Positions 38,555-47,330 of a stretch of DNA of 64,000 nucleotides are shown piece by piece. The position numbers were made by a program, and so were the translations under genes. The DNA comes from Gammaproteobacteria bacterium. GTDB taxonomy: Bacteria; Pseudomonadota; Gammaproteobacteria; Eutrophobiales; Eutrophobiaceae. Each line of letters opens with the position of its first letter. Position 1 is the first letter of the stretch. The notes below the pieces were generated by a model, which did not search any database, was not told where the DNA came from, and saw only the letters and a program-made list of their open reading frames with translations. Location of the stretch: the NCBI GenBank assembly GCA_022826885.1, contig JAJDUB010000047.1, positions 2,076 through 66,075 on the forward strand. The letters run 5' to 3'.

Positions 38555-38706
38555 CCCTCATGACGGTCCGAACCGGAGAGATTGTTTACAGTATATACCG
38601 GGGACCTGATTTACAGCATTGGATGGGGCGAAGGGGCGTCGTTATCCGCCACGAATTTCGCAAGACCAAAGTATTATAATAGAATTATCACCCATGGGAG
38701 GGTCTC

Positions 38707-39534
38707 ATGCAGCAACAATATGATGACTGGAAAGATCTGTTAACCAACAGCTTCGACCAGTTTATATCCACATTCATGGCCTACCTGCCCAACCTGTTCA
38801 CTGCCCTGGTGCTGCTTGTTGCCGGTCTGCTCGTTGCGGCTCTCATTCGTTCATTGATTATCCGTCTGGGAAAATGGCTGGAACAGTTTGCGCAAAGGAC
38901 AGGCATCAGTTCCTACTATTTTCGCGTGCGCTGGCCCATCACTCGCATCATAGCGACGATCATATACTGGCTCGTAATTATATTTTTCGTTACCGCCGCC
39001 GCGAAGAGTCTGGGCTTGCCTGGCATTGCCGAATGGCTGAACAAGCTCATCGATTATTCTCCTTCCATCCTGGTCGCTGCCCTGATCATCTGGGCAGGTT
39101 TCGTACTGGGCGATTTTACCAGGGAAAAACTGGCTGCCAGGCTCGGCGACTCCCGCATACAGCAGGCAGAACAACTGGGAAATGCCGCACGGATCCTGGT
39201 AATTACCTTGACGATTATTATTGGATTAGGCCAGTTGGGTATCGACATTGACCTGATAGCTCAGATACTCGTCTTATTGATATCCGCTGTCTTGCTGTCT
39301 CTCGCTTTGGCATTCGGATTTGGGGCAGGAACAACTGTTGCCAATATTATCGCCCTGCGGAACTTGAGCAGGCACTACCACACCGGGCAGCGCGTACGAA
39401 TTGGTGATGTGGAGGGAGAAATATCCGAGTTATCAAAAACTACGGTGATACTCGATACCGATTCGGGCCAGGCAATAATTCCGGCAAAGTTATTCCAGGA
39501 GGAGACATGTGTTCTGCTGGATGAGGAAGATTAG
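38707..39534 (+). CDS. MscS-like 'conserved TM-helix repeat' membrane protein (paralogue 2)
   Basis: 275 aa with the same architecture as 36656-37519 ('YLPNLFTALVLLVAG', 'YSPSILVAALIIWAG'). The C-terminal segment reads 'GDVEGEISELSKTTVILDTDSGQAIIPAKL'. Confidence 0.7.
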   Translation: MQQQYDDWKDLLTNSFDQFISTFMAYLPNLFTALVLLVAGLLVAALIRSLIIRLGKWLEQFAQRTGISSYYFRVRWPITRIIATIIYWLVIIFFVTAAAKSLGLPGIAEWLNKLIDYSPSILVAALIIWAGFVLGDFTREKLAARLGDSRIQQAEQLGNAARILVITLTIIIGLGQLGIDIDLIAQILVLLISAVLLSLALAFGFGAGTTVANIIALRNLSRHYHTGQRVRIGDVEGEISELSKTTVILDTDSGQAIIPAKLFQEETCVLLDEED

Positions 39535-40359
39535 ATGGCTGCCGATCCTGTCATACAGCGATTTATAGAAAAACATGCGGACAATGTGGCTCGGCTGCTG
39601 GAATCTGCCGGGTATGATGAGATGCGGGCTTTTATGGCGACATTATCTACGGAACAGGCAGCAAGCATAGTCCGGCACCTGGGCAAGCGCAGTGCCTGCC
39701 ATTATCTGGCAACGCTGGGCACGGAGCAGGCCATGGAGATCATCAAGGTCCTGCCCGTACAGTATGCTGCCGCCCTGATCAGGGACATGCCGGGGCCGGA
39801 AAAAAAAGCGCTGCTTGCCGGCAAAGATATCCCTTACCGGATTAAAACAATCCTGCGTTACCCAAAGGACAGTGTCGGCGCGGAGATGGAAAGCAACCCC
39901 GTTACCCTGAACGAGGGTTTAACGGTGAAACAGGCCAGGGCTTTCCTGAAAAAAAACCGTGACCATATATCCGACACCTTGTTTGTAACGGGCAGTGAGC
40001 AGCAATTTACAGGTGTAATTGCCTTGAAGAACCTGTTGTTTGCAGATAATACAACCAAAATCGCACGGTTATGCGAGCCGTCCACACACCGGTTATCTCC
40101 ACGGGAAGCGCTGGTATCGGCGGGCGCACACCCGGCATGGAAACAGGTTACGGCGCTGCCTGTTGTTGAGAGAGGCGGGCGTTTATCCGGCGTATTACAC
40201 AGGGAGAGGGTGCAGGAGGTTTTAGATACGGCGCCTGTTAATCCAGCGCTGACCAGCGACATCACTGACGGTGTCTTTTCGTTAAGTGAACTGTTCTGGA
40301 CCGCCTGCGCAGACATGCTGTCCGGCAACGATTCCCCCGCACAGTCTGAACGGCACTGA
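39535..40359 (+). CDS. Stand-alone MgtE N-domain + CBS-pair protein (no membrane domain)
   Basis: 274 aa with MgtE_N-like helical repeats ('EQAASIVRHL', 'EQAMEIIKVLPVQYAAALIRDM') followed by CBS-like segments. There is no hydrophobic C-terminal half. Its ATG directly follows the stop of the preceding gene. Confidence 0.75.
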   Translation: MAADPVIQRFIEKHADNVARLLESAGYDEMRAFMATLSTEQAASIVRHLGKRSACHYLATLGTEQAMEIIKVLPVQYAAALIRDMPGPEKKALLAGKDIPYRIKTILRYPKDSVGAEMESNPVTLNEGLTVKQARAFLKKNRDHISDTLFVTGSEQQFTGVIALKNLLFADNTTKIARLCEPSTHRLSPREALVSAGAHPAWKQVTALPVVERGGRLSGVLHRERVQEVLDTAPVNPALTSDITDGVFSLSELFWTACADMLSGNDSPAQSERH

Positions 40360-40360
40360 A

Positions 40361-41668
40361 ATGACAAGGTCAATTGCTGATATAAGCGCTTCCCTGCGCA
40401 GAGATTTCTTTCAGAGTTATCCGGCGGAAGCGGTTCATTATATGGAAGAATTGCCCACGGAGCGAATTGCCGACGTGCTGAAAGGCTTGCCTCAGGCTTT
40501 GTCGGTCAGTATCTGGGAGGCGCTGTCCCCTGTCATTGCCGCCCGCACACTCGCTCACCTGGATGGCAATACAATTCAACAGGTACTTTCCCGGATTGAT
40601 CCCAACAGGGGCGCGCTTATTTTGTCTTCCCTGGCCGACGAGGAACGCAAGCGCTGCCTCAGCCTGTTAAATCCTCATGTCGTCCAGGATTTCGAGCGGG
40701 CATTGAGTCATGAGCCGGACAGCGCCGGCGCCCTCATGAATACCAGGGTGGTTTACTACACGCAGGATATGAAAGTAAGGGACGTCGTGAAGAAACTCCG
40801 GCTTCACCGGCAAACCGGGTTCAGGGTTTTGTATATCACGGATGACGAAAACAGGTTGACCGGCATGGTTGAACTGCAGGACCTGGTACTGGCGCGCAGG
40901 GAGAGTCGTTTAGGCGAAATAGCCCAGCCTGTCAGGGCAATAGCCCTGGTAACGACTACAAGCGAGGAGTTGGTGGACATATTCGATAAATTCCGCTTGA
41001 CGGATCTGCCCGTGGTGGATGCCGACCGGCATTTGATCGGCATTATTCAACACCATATCCTGCTCGATGCTGCCAGGGAGGAGGCCATCGTCGACATCCA
41101 GACGATGGTAGGGGTAAGCAAGGACGAGCGGGCGCTGTCGGACGCATCTTTCGCCATCAAAAAACGCCTGCCCTGGTTACAGGTAAACCTTGCCACGGCG
41201 TTCCTGGCAGCTGCCGTAGTCGGCGTATTCGAACAGACCATAGCCCAGGTTACAGCTTTGGCAGTATTGTTACCGGTAGTGGCCGGGCAATCGGGCAATA
41301 CCGGCGCCCAGGCCCTGGCCGTCACCATGCGCGGCCTGGCCCTTCGCGAGGTCTGGCCGCGGCATTGGCTGCGCCTGGTATTCAAGGAATTCAACGTGGG
41401 CTTGTGGAACGGCATTGCCGTAGCCTTGACGACCTCTTTGGGTGTCTATATCTGGAGCCAGTCATTGGGCCTGTGCCTGATTATCGGCATTTCCATGGTT
41501 GCTTCCATGATTATCGCTTCGGTTTCCGGCGCGATGATCCCTGTTCTGTTAATCAAGGCAGGCCAGGACCCGGCTACCTCGTCTTCCATTTTTTTGACGA
41601 CCGTAACGGATGTTATGGGTTTTTTGAGTTTTCTCGGGATTGCTACTTTACTGATGGGGATGATTTAA
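40361..41668 (+). CDS. mgtE: Magnesium transporter MgtE
   Basis: 435 aa counted from ATG 40361, 1 nt after the upstream stop; the ORF-track start 40286 overlaps the upstream gene. It has the N domain, a CBS pair and a 5-TM domain with 'PVVAGQSGNTGAQALAV' and 'TTVTDVMGF'. Confidence 0.88.
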   Translation: MTRSIADISASLRRDFFQSYPAEAVHYMEELPTERIADVLKGLPQALSVSIWEALSPVIAARTLAHLDGNTIQQVLSRIDPNRGALILSSLADEERKRCLSLLNPHVVQDFERALSHEPDSAGALMNTRVVYYTQDMKVRDVVKKLRLHRQTGFRVLYITDDENRLTGMVELQDLVLARRESRLGEIAQPVRAIALVTTTSEELVDIFDKFRLTDLPVVDADRHLIGIIQHHILLDAAREEAIVDIQTMVGVSKDERALSDASFAIKKRLPWLQVNLATAFLAAAVVGVFEQTIAQVTALAVLLPVVAGQSGNTGAQALAVTMRGLALREVWPRHWLRLVFKEFNVGLWNGIAVALTTSLGVYIWSQSLGLCLIIGISMVASMIIASVSGAMIPVLLIKAGQDPATSSSIFLTTVTDVMGFLSFLGIATLLMGMI

Positions 41669-41705
41669 GAACAATCAGGACCACCAGACGGTTTCCCTGA
41701 CAGAA

Positions 41706-43055
41706 TTATTCTGCACCTAATAAGTCCAACGCGCCGGTCGTCATCACCTCAACGCCGGTCGTGATGGTCGGTTGCGGGTCCGGGGCGAAGAAAGGGGAGT
41801 GCAGGGAGGGCAGGACCTCGCCCGTTTCCATTGCGGCAACGTATTTACCGGCTTCGACACCGCCTATCCAGAGAAGCAGGCTGGGTATTTTCGGTTCCAC
41901 CCGGCCATATTGAGCAAAATCCTCGCCTCCCATAACGGGCTCTCCGGGAATAAGCTGTTCCTCGTCCAGAACGGTCCGTAAAACATTTACGATACGGTCG
42001 GCCAGGTCGGGGTTGTTATAGACCGAAGGCGTGAATTCGTCCTTGATGGTTACCACCGGCAACTTGTCGGGGGGCAGACCCATGGTCATGGCCTGGCCGG
42101 TTGCTATTCTTTTAATGCCATCGAGCAGCGTATTGCGCGCTTCATCCGTATAGGAGCGTACTGTTAATTGCAGTTCCACCTTGTCGGGGATGACATTGTG
42201 TTTGGTGCCCCCGTGTATCGAGCCGACCGTAATAACACCGGCGTCAATGGGTTTCAATTCGCGTGATACCAGGGTCTGCAAGGCATTGATAATCTGGGCG
42301 GACAAAACTATAGGGTCTTTGGTGCTATGGGGATAGGCCCCATGCCCGCCAACGCCGTAAACGGTAATATCGACACTGTCAACGTTGGCCATGGCATACC
42401 CTTTGGTATAAATAACCTCGCCGGCGGGCCTTGAAGCGCTGACGTGCAGGGCGAGGTTGTAATCCGGTCTAGGGAAGCGCTCGAACAGGCCATCTTTCAG
42501 CATGGCGCGGGCGCCGGCGCCGCGTTCCTCGGCAGGCTGGGCAATCATTACCAGGGTGCCTTGCCACTTATCGACCATGGCCGTCAAACGTCTGGCGGCG
42601 CCGATAAAAACTGTCATGTTCACGTCATGGGCACAGGCATGCATGACACTCACCGTATTCCCGTGTTCATCGACCGTGGTCGCTTTGCTGGCATAGGGTT
42701 TGCCGGTTTTCTCAAGGACGGGGAGGGCGTCCATGTCCGCCCTCAACAATACCGTAGGGCCTTCACCGTTGTTCAATACGCCGACGACACCGTAACCGCC
42801 GACTTTCTCCGTTACCGTAAAACCCAGGCCGCGTAGTTCGGCTGCCATCCGCTCACTGGTCTTTTCCTCATGGAAGGACAATTCCGGATTCTGGTGCAAA
42901 TGCAGGTACAGGGATTCAAGATAAGGGTAATCTTCCTGAATCATCGTCTGCAAGGCAGTATCCGCCCGCACGCATAGCATGAGTTGCACCAGGAATAAAA
43001 AGAGCAGGGTAGATGATTTCATTGGCCCTGACAGGAATAAAACCGGGTTATTCAA
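41706..43055 (-). CDS. M20D-family amidohydrolase (aminoacylase/hippurate-hydrolase-like), secreted
   Basis: 449 aa with an N-terminal hydrophobic leader, 'MHACAHDVNM' and 'GGEDFAQY'. Confidence 0.82.
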   Translation of the reverse strand: MNNPVLFLSGPMKSSTLLFLFLVQLMLCVRADTALQTMIQEDYPYLESLYLHLHQNPELSFHEEKTSERMAAELRGLGFTVTEKVGGYGVVGVLNNGEGPTVLLRADMDALPVLEKTGKPYASKATTVDEHGNTVSVMHACAHDVNMTVFIGAARRLTAMVDKWQGTLVMIAQPAEERGAGARAMLKDGLFERFPRPDYNLALHVSASRPAGEVIYTKGYAMANVDSVDITVYGVGGHGAYPHSTKDPIVLSAQIINALQTLVSRELKPIDAGVITVGSIHGGTKHNVIPDKVELQLTVRSYTDEARNTLLDGIKRIATGQAMTMGLPPDKLPVVTIKDEFTPSVYNNPDLADRIVNVLRTVLDEEQLIPGEPVMGGEDFAQYGRVEPKIPSLLLWIGGVEAGKYVAAMETGEVLPSLHSPFFAPDPQPTITTGVEVMTTGALDLLGAE

Positions 43056-43075
43056 GAATACGCGGGAATACTTGT

Positions 43076-43306
43076 TCAGATAAAACGCATTGCGGCCAGG
43101 ATGATGCCTGTCAGCGTGATCATCAGACCGCCCAGGGTAATGACCAGTTCACGTTTAAACTGGGACAGGACACTTTTCAAATCGGTAGTGGTAATCAATT
43201 CCGTACTGTGCTCATTAAGAATATGCACCATTGCCTCTGCCTGATCCTGGCTGAAACCGGCGGCTTCCAGCCGGCGTACAGCCTTCAGTGTATCTGTGAT
43301 AATCAC
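43076..43306 (-). CDS. DUF1640-family small membrane-anchored coiled-coil protein
   Basis: 76 aa. The N-terminus 'DTLKAVRRLEAAGFSQDQAEAMV' is typical of DUF1640, and a C-terminal TM helix is present. Confidence 0.65.
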   Translation of the reverse strand: MIITDTLKAVRRLEAAGFSQDQAEAMVHILNEHSTELITTTDLKSVLSQFKRELVITLGGLMITLTGIILAAMRFI

Positions 43307-43404
43307 GCTTTTACCTCCATGATGATCTCCATGTTTCCATGTTAGAATTGAACAGTAATTACTCTATCATAATGAGTTGACCAAGTAAATGTCGGAGGTA
43401 AAGC

Positions 43405-44025
43405 ATGGTCCTGGACTCCATCACTGATTCGCAGGAGTTACGCGATCATTTCGGCGAACCATTGCATATCGCCGTTGCGGTAGAAAAACAACAACTCGAT
43501 GAACACCACCGGCGCTTTATCGAGCACTCGCCATTCATATGCCTTGCGAGTACGGGGTCAGACGGCCAACCGGCTGTCTCGCCGAAAGGCGATGCTCCCG
43601 GTTTTGTTAAAGTAATTGATGAAAAAACACTGCTAATTCCCGATAGACCAGGGAATAATAAAGTCGAGGGATTCGGCAATATAGTGGAAAACCCCAAGGT
43701 TTCACTGATATTTTTCATACCTGGAATAACAGAGACTTTACGCGTCCATGGTGAAGCGGAAATTGTGCTGGACAAGGAGCTTCTCAAGTTCGGTAAGGCA
43801 GGATCCAAATTACCCAAAACGGCCACGCTCATAAGAGTCACCAAGGCATACATGCACTGCGGCAAGGCCTTGATACGTTCAAAACTCTGGGATCCCGAAC
43901 GGCATATTGCCAAAGGGGTGATACCGCCGTTCGGTCTGGTCGTAAAAGAACAGGCAGGCGTGCCGATGTCGCAGGAGGAGGTACAGGGAGTGGTGGACCA
44001 GGAATACCAGGACAACCTCTACTGA
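43405..44025 (+). CDS. PNPOx-like FMN-binding flavoprotein
   Basis: 206 aa with split-barrel family motifs 'VSPKGDAPGF', 'IPDRPGNN' and 'NPKVSLIFFIPGITETLRVHG'. Confidence 0.7.
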   Translation: MVLDSITDSQELRDHFGEPLHIAVAVEKQQLDEHHRRFIEHSPFICLASTGSDGQPAVSPKGDAPGFVKVIDEKTLLIPDRPGNNKVEGFGNIVENPKVSLIFFIPGITETLRVHGEAEIVLDKELLKFGKAGSKLPKTATLIRVTKAYMHCGKALIRSKLWDPERHIAKGVIPPFGLVVKEQAGVPMSQEEVQGVVDQEYQDNLY

Positions 44026-44147
44026 AACTGATTCGGCTTCTCATGTAGGACGCCGGAACCGTTGCTTTTAACCAGGTATTTATTTCAGAACTCCAGGTTT
44101 CTGTTCAAGCATCTTTTCATACCCCCACAATATGCGCATAATATATA

Positions 44148-44180
44148 TTATGTTAAATAGACTTTGTCTATTTAACATAA
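44148..44180. repeat. Perfect inverted repeat (15-bp arms, 3-nt spacer) between convergent genes
   Basis: ttatgttaaatagac (44148-44162), ttt, then gtctatttaacataa (44166-44180). It is AT-rich with no flanking T run on either strand, so it could be a bidirectional terminator or a protein-binding site. Confidence 0.6.
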
Positions 44181-44217
44181 CATATTGTCTGGAGGGCTTT
44201 TGATTGGGGTTTCCTTA

Positions 44218-47200
44218 TTATTTGGGGCCTCCTCTGCACTTCCATTGATGGAATATCACGGGGATGACTACCAGGGTCAGGATGGTTGAACTCAGTACTC
44301 CTCCTATCATGGGCGCGGCTACGCGTTGCATCACTTCCGATCCGGTGCCGTCGATGAGCATGATCGGCAGGAGGCCGGCTATGGTTGAGCAGGTTGTCAT
44401 CATGATCGGCCGCAGGCGTTGTTCGGCGGCGTTTACCGTATTTTCGATCAGGAGTTCGGGTTCCGGATTGGCTGCGGTAATACTTATCGTTTTCAATGAT
44501 TTGTTCAGGAATCCAAGCATTACTATCCCGCTTTCGACGGCAACGCCTGCCAGGGCGATAAATCCGACGCCTGCGGCGATGGATAGATTGAAGTCCAGAA
44601 TATACAGCAACCATACTCCCCCGCCGAAGGCGAACGGGAGGGTTGCCATGATAAGGCATACTTCGGTCATACTGCGGAAGTTCAGGTATAACAAGATGAA
44701 TATGATGAAGAGAGTCACGGGTACCACGATTGATAATCTTTCCATTGCCCGCTTCATGTACTCATACTGTCCGGACCATGCCAGGGAATAACCCGGCGGC
44801 AATTCCACTTCAGCCGCGATCCGGTTGCGGGCTTCATTTACGTAACTGCCGAGGTCCCTGCCCCGGATATCCACGTAAACCCAGCCGTTGAGGCGCGCAT
44901 TTTCACTTTTTATCAGAGGCGGTCCGTCCGTTACCTTGATGGTTGCAACTTCTTGCAGTGGAATCCGGGCGCCTGCAGGTGTTACTACCGGCAATTGGCG
45001 CAACCGCTCCAGGGAATCCCGCATCCCGCGCGGGTAGCGGATATTGACCGGGTATCGTTCCAGTCCTTCCACAGTCATCGTTACGTTCATGCCACCGATG
45101 GCGGTGCGGACGATATCCTGAATATCGTCGATATTCAAACCCAGGCGGGCTGCACTGATCCGGTTGATGTCTATGGTAATATAGCGGCCGCCGGTGACCC
45201 GTTCTGCGTACACGGATGCCGTGCCGGGGACATCCCTCAAAGCCTGTTCTATCCGGTAACCAATGTCCTCTATCACCTGTAGATCCGCACCGGCAACCTT
45301 GATGCCCAGGGGTGTCTTGATCCCCGTCGCCAGCATGTCTATGCGTGTCTTGATGGGCATTACCCAGGCATTGGTGACCCCCGGCAATTGTACCAGCGCA
45401 TCGAGTTCCTGTTTCAGGCTCTCCAGTGTCATACCCTCGCGCCACTCGTCACGGGGCCTGAGCCTGATCAGGGTTTCAATCATCGTCATGGGGGCCGGGT
45501 CCGTGGCTGTCTCCGCCTGGCCGATCTTGCCGAACACAGTTTCAACTTCAGGCACGGTGCGGATCAGCTTGTCGGTCTGCTGCAACAGTTGGCGGGCCTT
45601 CCCCGCAGATATCGCCGGCAGGGTCGTCGGCATGTACATCAGGTCACCTTCGTCCAGTTCCGGCATGAACTCGGCTCCGAGGCGGGTTAGCGGCCATAAA
45701 CCAGCCAGTAATAGAACCAGCGCGACAGACAACGTCGTCAAGGGCAGGCGCAGCAGGAACCGGAGCGCCGGACGGTAGATCCCGGAAAGCAACCGTATGA
45801 CGGGATTGTCGGCAACAGGCACAATCCGTCCGCGCATAAAATACCCCAGCAGCACGGGAACGAGGGTTACCGCCATTACCGTTGCCGACAACAAGGCATA
45901 CAGCCAGGTAAATGCAAGGGGGGAAAACATGCGTCCTTCCTGCGCCTGAAGGGTAAAGATCGGCAGCACGCTGAGACCTGTAATCAGCAGGGCAAAGAAC
46001 AACGGACGCCCTACTTCGGCCGCGCCGGCGGCAACGGTCTGCCAATGCTCCCCGCGTCCGGAGCCGCGCTCGAGATGCTTGTGCACGTTGTCGATCATGA
46101 CAACTGCTGCATCCACCATAACGCCTATCGCTATGGCAATCCCCCCCAATGACATGATATTGGCATTGACACCCTGGGTGTACATGATCAGGAATGCCAT
46201 CAGGATGCCCAGTGGCAGGCTGATAATCACGGATATCACGGACCGAAGGTGCAGCAGAAACAATATGCAGACGATTGTTACGAGCAACAACTCAGCCAAC
46301 AAGGCATTCCTCAAGGTGTCTATGGTGCGGCTGATCAATCCTGACCGGTCATAGGTCTCAACGATTTCCACGCCGTCAGGCAGGCTTTTTTCCAGTTCCC
46401 TGAGCTTGCCTTTCACGTCGCCGATGACTTTCCTGGCATTCTCTCCCCAGCGCATGACGATGATGCCGCCGACCACCTCTCCTTCCCCATCCAGCTCTGC
46501 AATCCCGCGTCGGAGTTGCGGTCCTGTATGCACGTCCGCAACGTCGCCCAGCAGCAGCGGCGTCCCGCGCATGCTGACTCCTAACGGAATCTCGCGCAGT
46601 TGCTCCAATCCGCTGATATAACCGGTTGCGCGGACCATGTATTCCGCTTCGGCTAGTTCAACTACCGATGCGCCGGCTTCCTGGTTGGCCCTCCTGATTG
46701 CCTGGCGCAGCGTCGCCAGCGTGATATCGTAGGCGCGCAACAGGTCGGGGTCGATAACGACCTGGTACTGCTTCACCATTCCTCCAACCGTTGCAACCTC
46801 AGCCACACCCGGTACGGCCTGTAATTCATATTTCAGGAACCAGTCCTGCAGAGAACGCAACTGGGATAGATCATGTGCTCCGCTTCGATCAACCAGGGCA
46901 TACTCGTAGACCCAGCCCACACCTGTTGCATCGGGACCAAGCTGGGGTTTCACGCCCGACGGCAGACGGCCGGTCACCTGGCTGAGATATTCAAGCACGC
47001 GCGAACGCGCCCAGTACAGGTCGGTGCCTTCGGAAAAGATGACGTACACGTAAGAATTGCCGAAAAACGAATAGCCGCGCACGGTCACCGCGTGGGGAAC
47101 GGCCAGCATGGCCGAGGTGAGTGGATAGGTCACCTGGTCTTCAACGACTTGCGGCGCCTGGCCGGGGAACGGCGTTTTGATGATAACCTGAACGTCCGAA

Positions 47201-47325
47201 AGATCGGGGATCGCATCCACCGGCGTTTCAAACAGCGCGAAAAGCCCTCCCAACGCCAACAGTACGGCCAGCACCACAACCAGGAACCGGTTATATATCG
47301 ACCAGCGGATTACCTGTTCAATCAT
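44218..47325 (-). CDS. cusA: CusA-type heavy-metal (Cu/Ag) RND efflux pump
   Basis: 1035 aa, collinear with E. coli CusA from 'MIE..I..S..NRFLV'. The three-Met site contexts are conserved: 'EGDLMYMPTT', 'APMTMIETL' and 'RIDMLATGIKTP'. Confidence 0.88.
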   Translation of the reverse strand: MIEQVIRWSIYNRFLVVVLAVLLALGGLFALFETPVDAIPDLSDVQVIIKTPFPGQAPQVVEDQVTYPLTSAMLAVPHAVTVRGYSFFGNSYVYVIFSEGTDLYWARSRVLEYLSQVTGRLPSGVKPQLGPDATGVGWVYEYALVDRSGAHDLSQLRSLQDWFLKYELQAVPGVAEVATVGGMVKQYQVVIDPDLLRAYDITLATLRQAIRRANQEAGASVVELAEAEYMVRATGYISGLEQLREIPLGVSMRGTPLLLGDVADVHTGPQLRRGIAELDGEGEVVGGIIVMRWGENARKVIGDVKGKLRELEKSLPDGVEIVETYDRSGLISRTIDTLRNALLAELLLVTIVCILFLLHLRSVISVIISLPLGILMAFLIMYTQGVNANIMSLGGIAIAIGVMVDAAVVMIDNVHKHLERGSGRGEHWQTVAAGAAEVGRPLFFALLITGLSVLPIFTLQAQEGRMFSPLAFTWLYALLSATVMAVTLVPVLLGYFMRGRIVPVADNPVIRLLSGIYRPALRFLLRLPLTTLSVALVLLLAGLWPLTRLGAEFMPELDEGDLMYMPTTLPAISAGKARQLLQQTDKLIRTVPEVETVFGKIGQAETATDPAPMTMIETLIRLRPRDEWREGMTLESLKQELDALVQLPGVTNAWVMPIKTRIDMLATGIKTPLGIKVAGADLQVIEDIGYRIEQALRDVPGTASVYAERVTGGRYITIDINRISAARLGLNIDDIQDIVRTAIGGMNVTMTVEGLERYPVNIRYPRGMRDSLERLRQLPVVTPAGARIPLQEVATIKVTDGPPLIKSENARLNGWVYVDIRGRDLGSYVNEARNRIAAEVELPPGYSLAWSGQYEYMKRAMERLSIVVPVTLFIIFILLYLNFRSMTEVCLIMATLPFAFGGGVWLLYILDFNLSIAAGVGFIALAGVAVESGIVMLGFLNKSLKTISITAANPEPELLIENTVNAAEQRLRPIMMTTCSTIAGLLPIMLIDGTGSEVMQRVAAPMIGGVLSSTILTLVVIPVIFHQWKCRGGPK

Positions 47326-47330
47326 GATTC

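Noticed and set aside
38555-38706. ECF-type autoregulatory promoter (GTAAAC-N18-CGTC on the minus strand) and a possible M-box riboswitch ahead of the MgtE cluster
   Set aside because: The spacing is longer than the 16-17 nt I expect, and the -35 is not GGAAC-like. The 152-nt spacer shows none of the conserved M-box segments I remember. Neither can be supported without a model scan.
44168-44659. 163-aa Arg-rich minus-strand ORF
   Set aside because: It is out of frame inside the 3' end of cusA, with extreme Arg/Pro/His composition. It is a shadow ORF.
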